Assembly: GCF_020745735.1 (NCBI RefSeq)
Contig: NW_026867489.1
Location: 310,001 to 374,000, forward strand
DNA length: 64,000 bases
Reading direction: 5' to 3'
Source: Hemiscyllium ocellatum
Taxonomy: Eukaryota
Both the position numbers and the translations under genes were made by a program. Shown here piece after piece: positions 63,817-64,000 of this stretch (position 1 is the stretch's first letter; every line of letters begins with the position of its first letter). The notes under the pieces are model-generated. The model was not told where the DNA came from and made no database searches. It saw nothing but the letters and a program-made list of their open reading frames with translations.

Positions 63817-64000
63817 CCTGGTAACTTTCCCAGGCCATGGTATTGAACACGGATAATGACCCCATGGGATGCAAAAACAGAGGTAATTGGAGAGTTTTCC
63901 CAAACCATCTACAAAAAGAACTCGTCTCCTGTTCCTAGGATTGAGAGAATGCCATCGAAACTTTATACCAAATTTTAGCAATATGACTGTTCCACTCACT

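Larger units (their letters stand above)
58571..64000 (+). mobile_element. Gmr1-like Ty3/gypsy LTR retrotransposon relic (LTR 58571-59192, tRNA-Pro-like PBS, gag, integrase then RT)
   Basis: PBS-like tgtaggctcgtatggat (cf. TGGGGGCTCGTCCGGGAT). Integrase Zn finger WPGLYNDLFEFCQTCHKSQ (~61790-61850) and core KFFTRYGLLTEIRLDQGSNIT (~62070-62135) come before RT VMLLGMKNAPAPFQR (63361-63405) and NMDD (~63450). Many stops and nested insertions. Confidence 0.85.

Overview
Vertebrate genomic DNA, almost certainly from a cartilaginous fish. The evidence is HE1/V-SINEs, CR1 LINEs, Penelope-derived hairpins and GPR139-like receptors of the type expanded in sharks; the species assignment is inference. 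Genic content: (i) two paralogous class A GPCR genes about 39.9 kb apart on the + strand. One is only the 3' end at 2-406. The other is a complete two-exon gene, join(35051..35120,39376..40274), 322 aa. (ii) T-cell receptor alpha/delta-type V gene segments lie on both sides of the complete GPCR: four clear ones at 9.7-15.6 kb and two at 49.6-54.8 kb, in mixed orientation, five with recognisable 23-type RSSs. Only one V (12382-12909, minus) has an open frame with intact leader, splice sites and RSS, and it lacks Cys23 and Trp41. No D, J or C segment is visible. The rest is decayed CR1 LINEs, SINEs, Gmr1-like Ty3/gypsy relics (integrase upstream of RT), a Penelope element with inverted termini, short TSD-flanked hairpins with hammerhead-like cores, microsatellites and one ~500-N gap. 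All alignments and translations were done by eye, and repeat boundaries are approximate.
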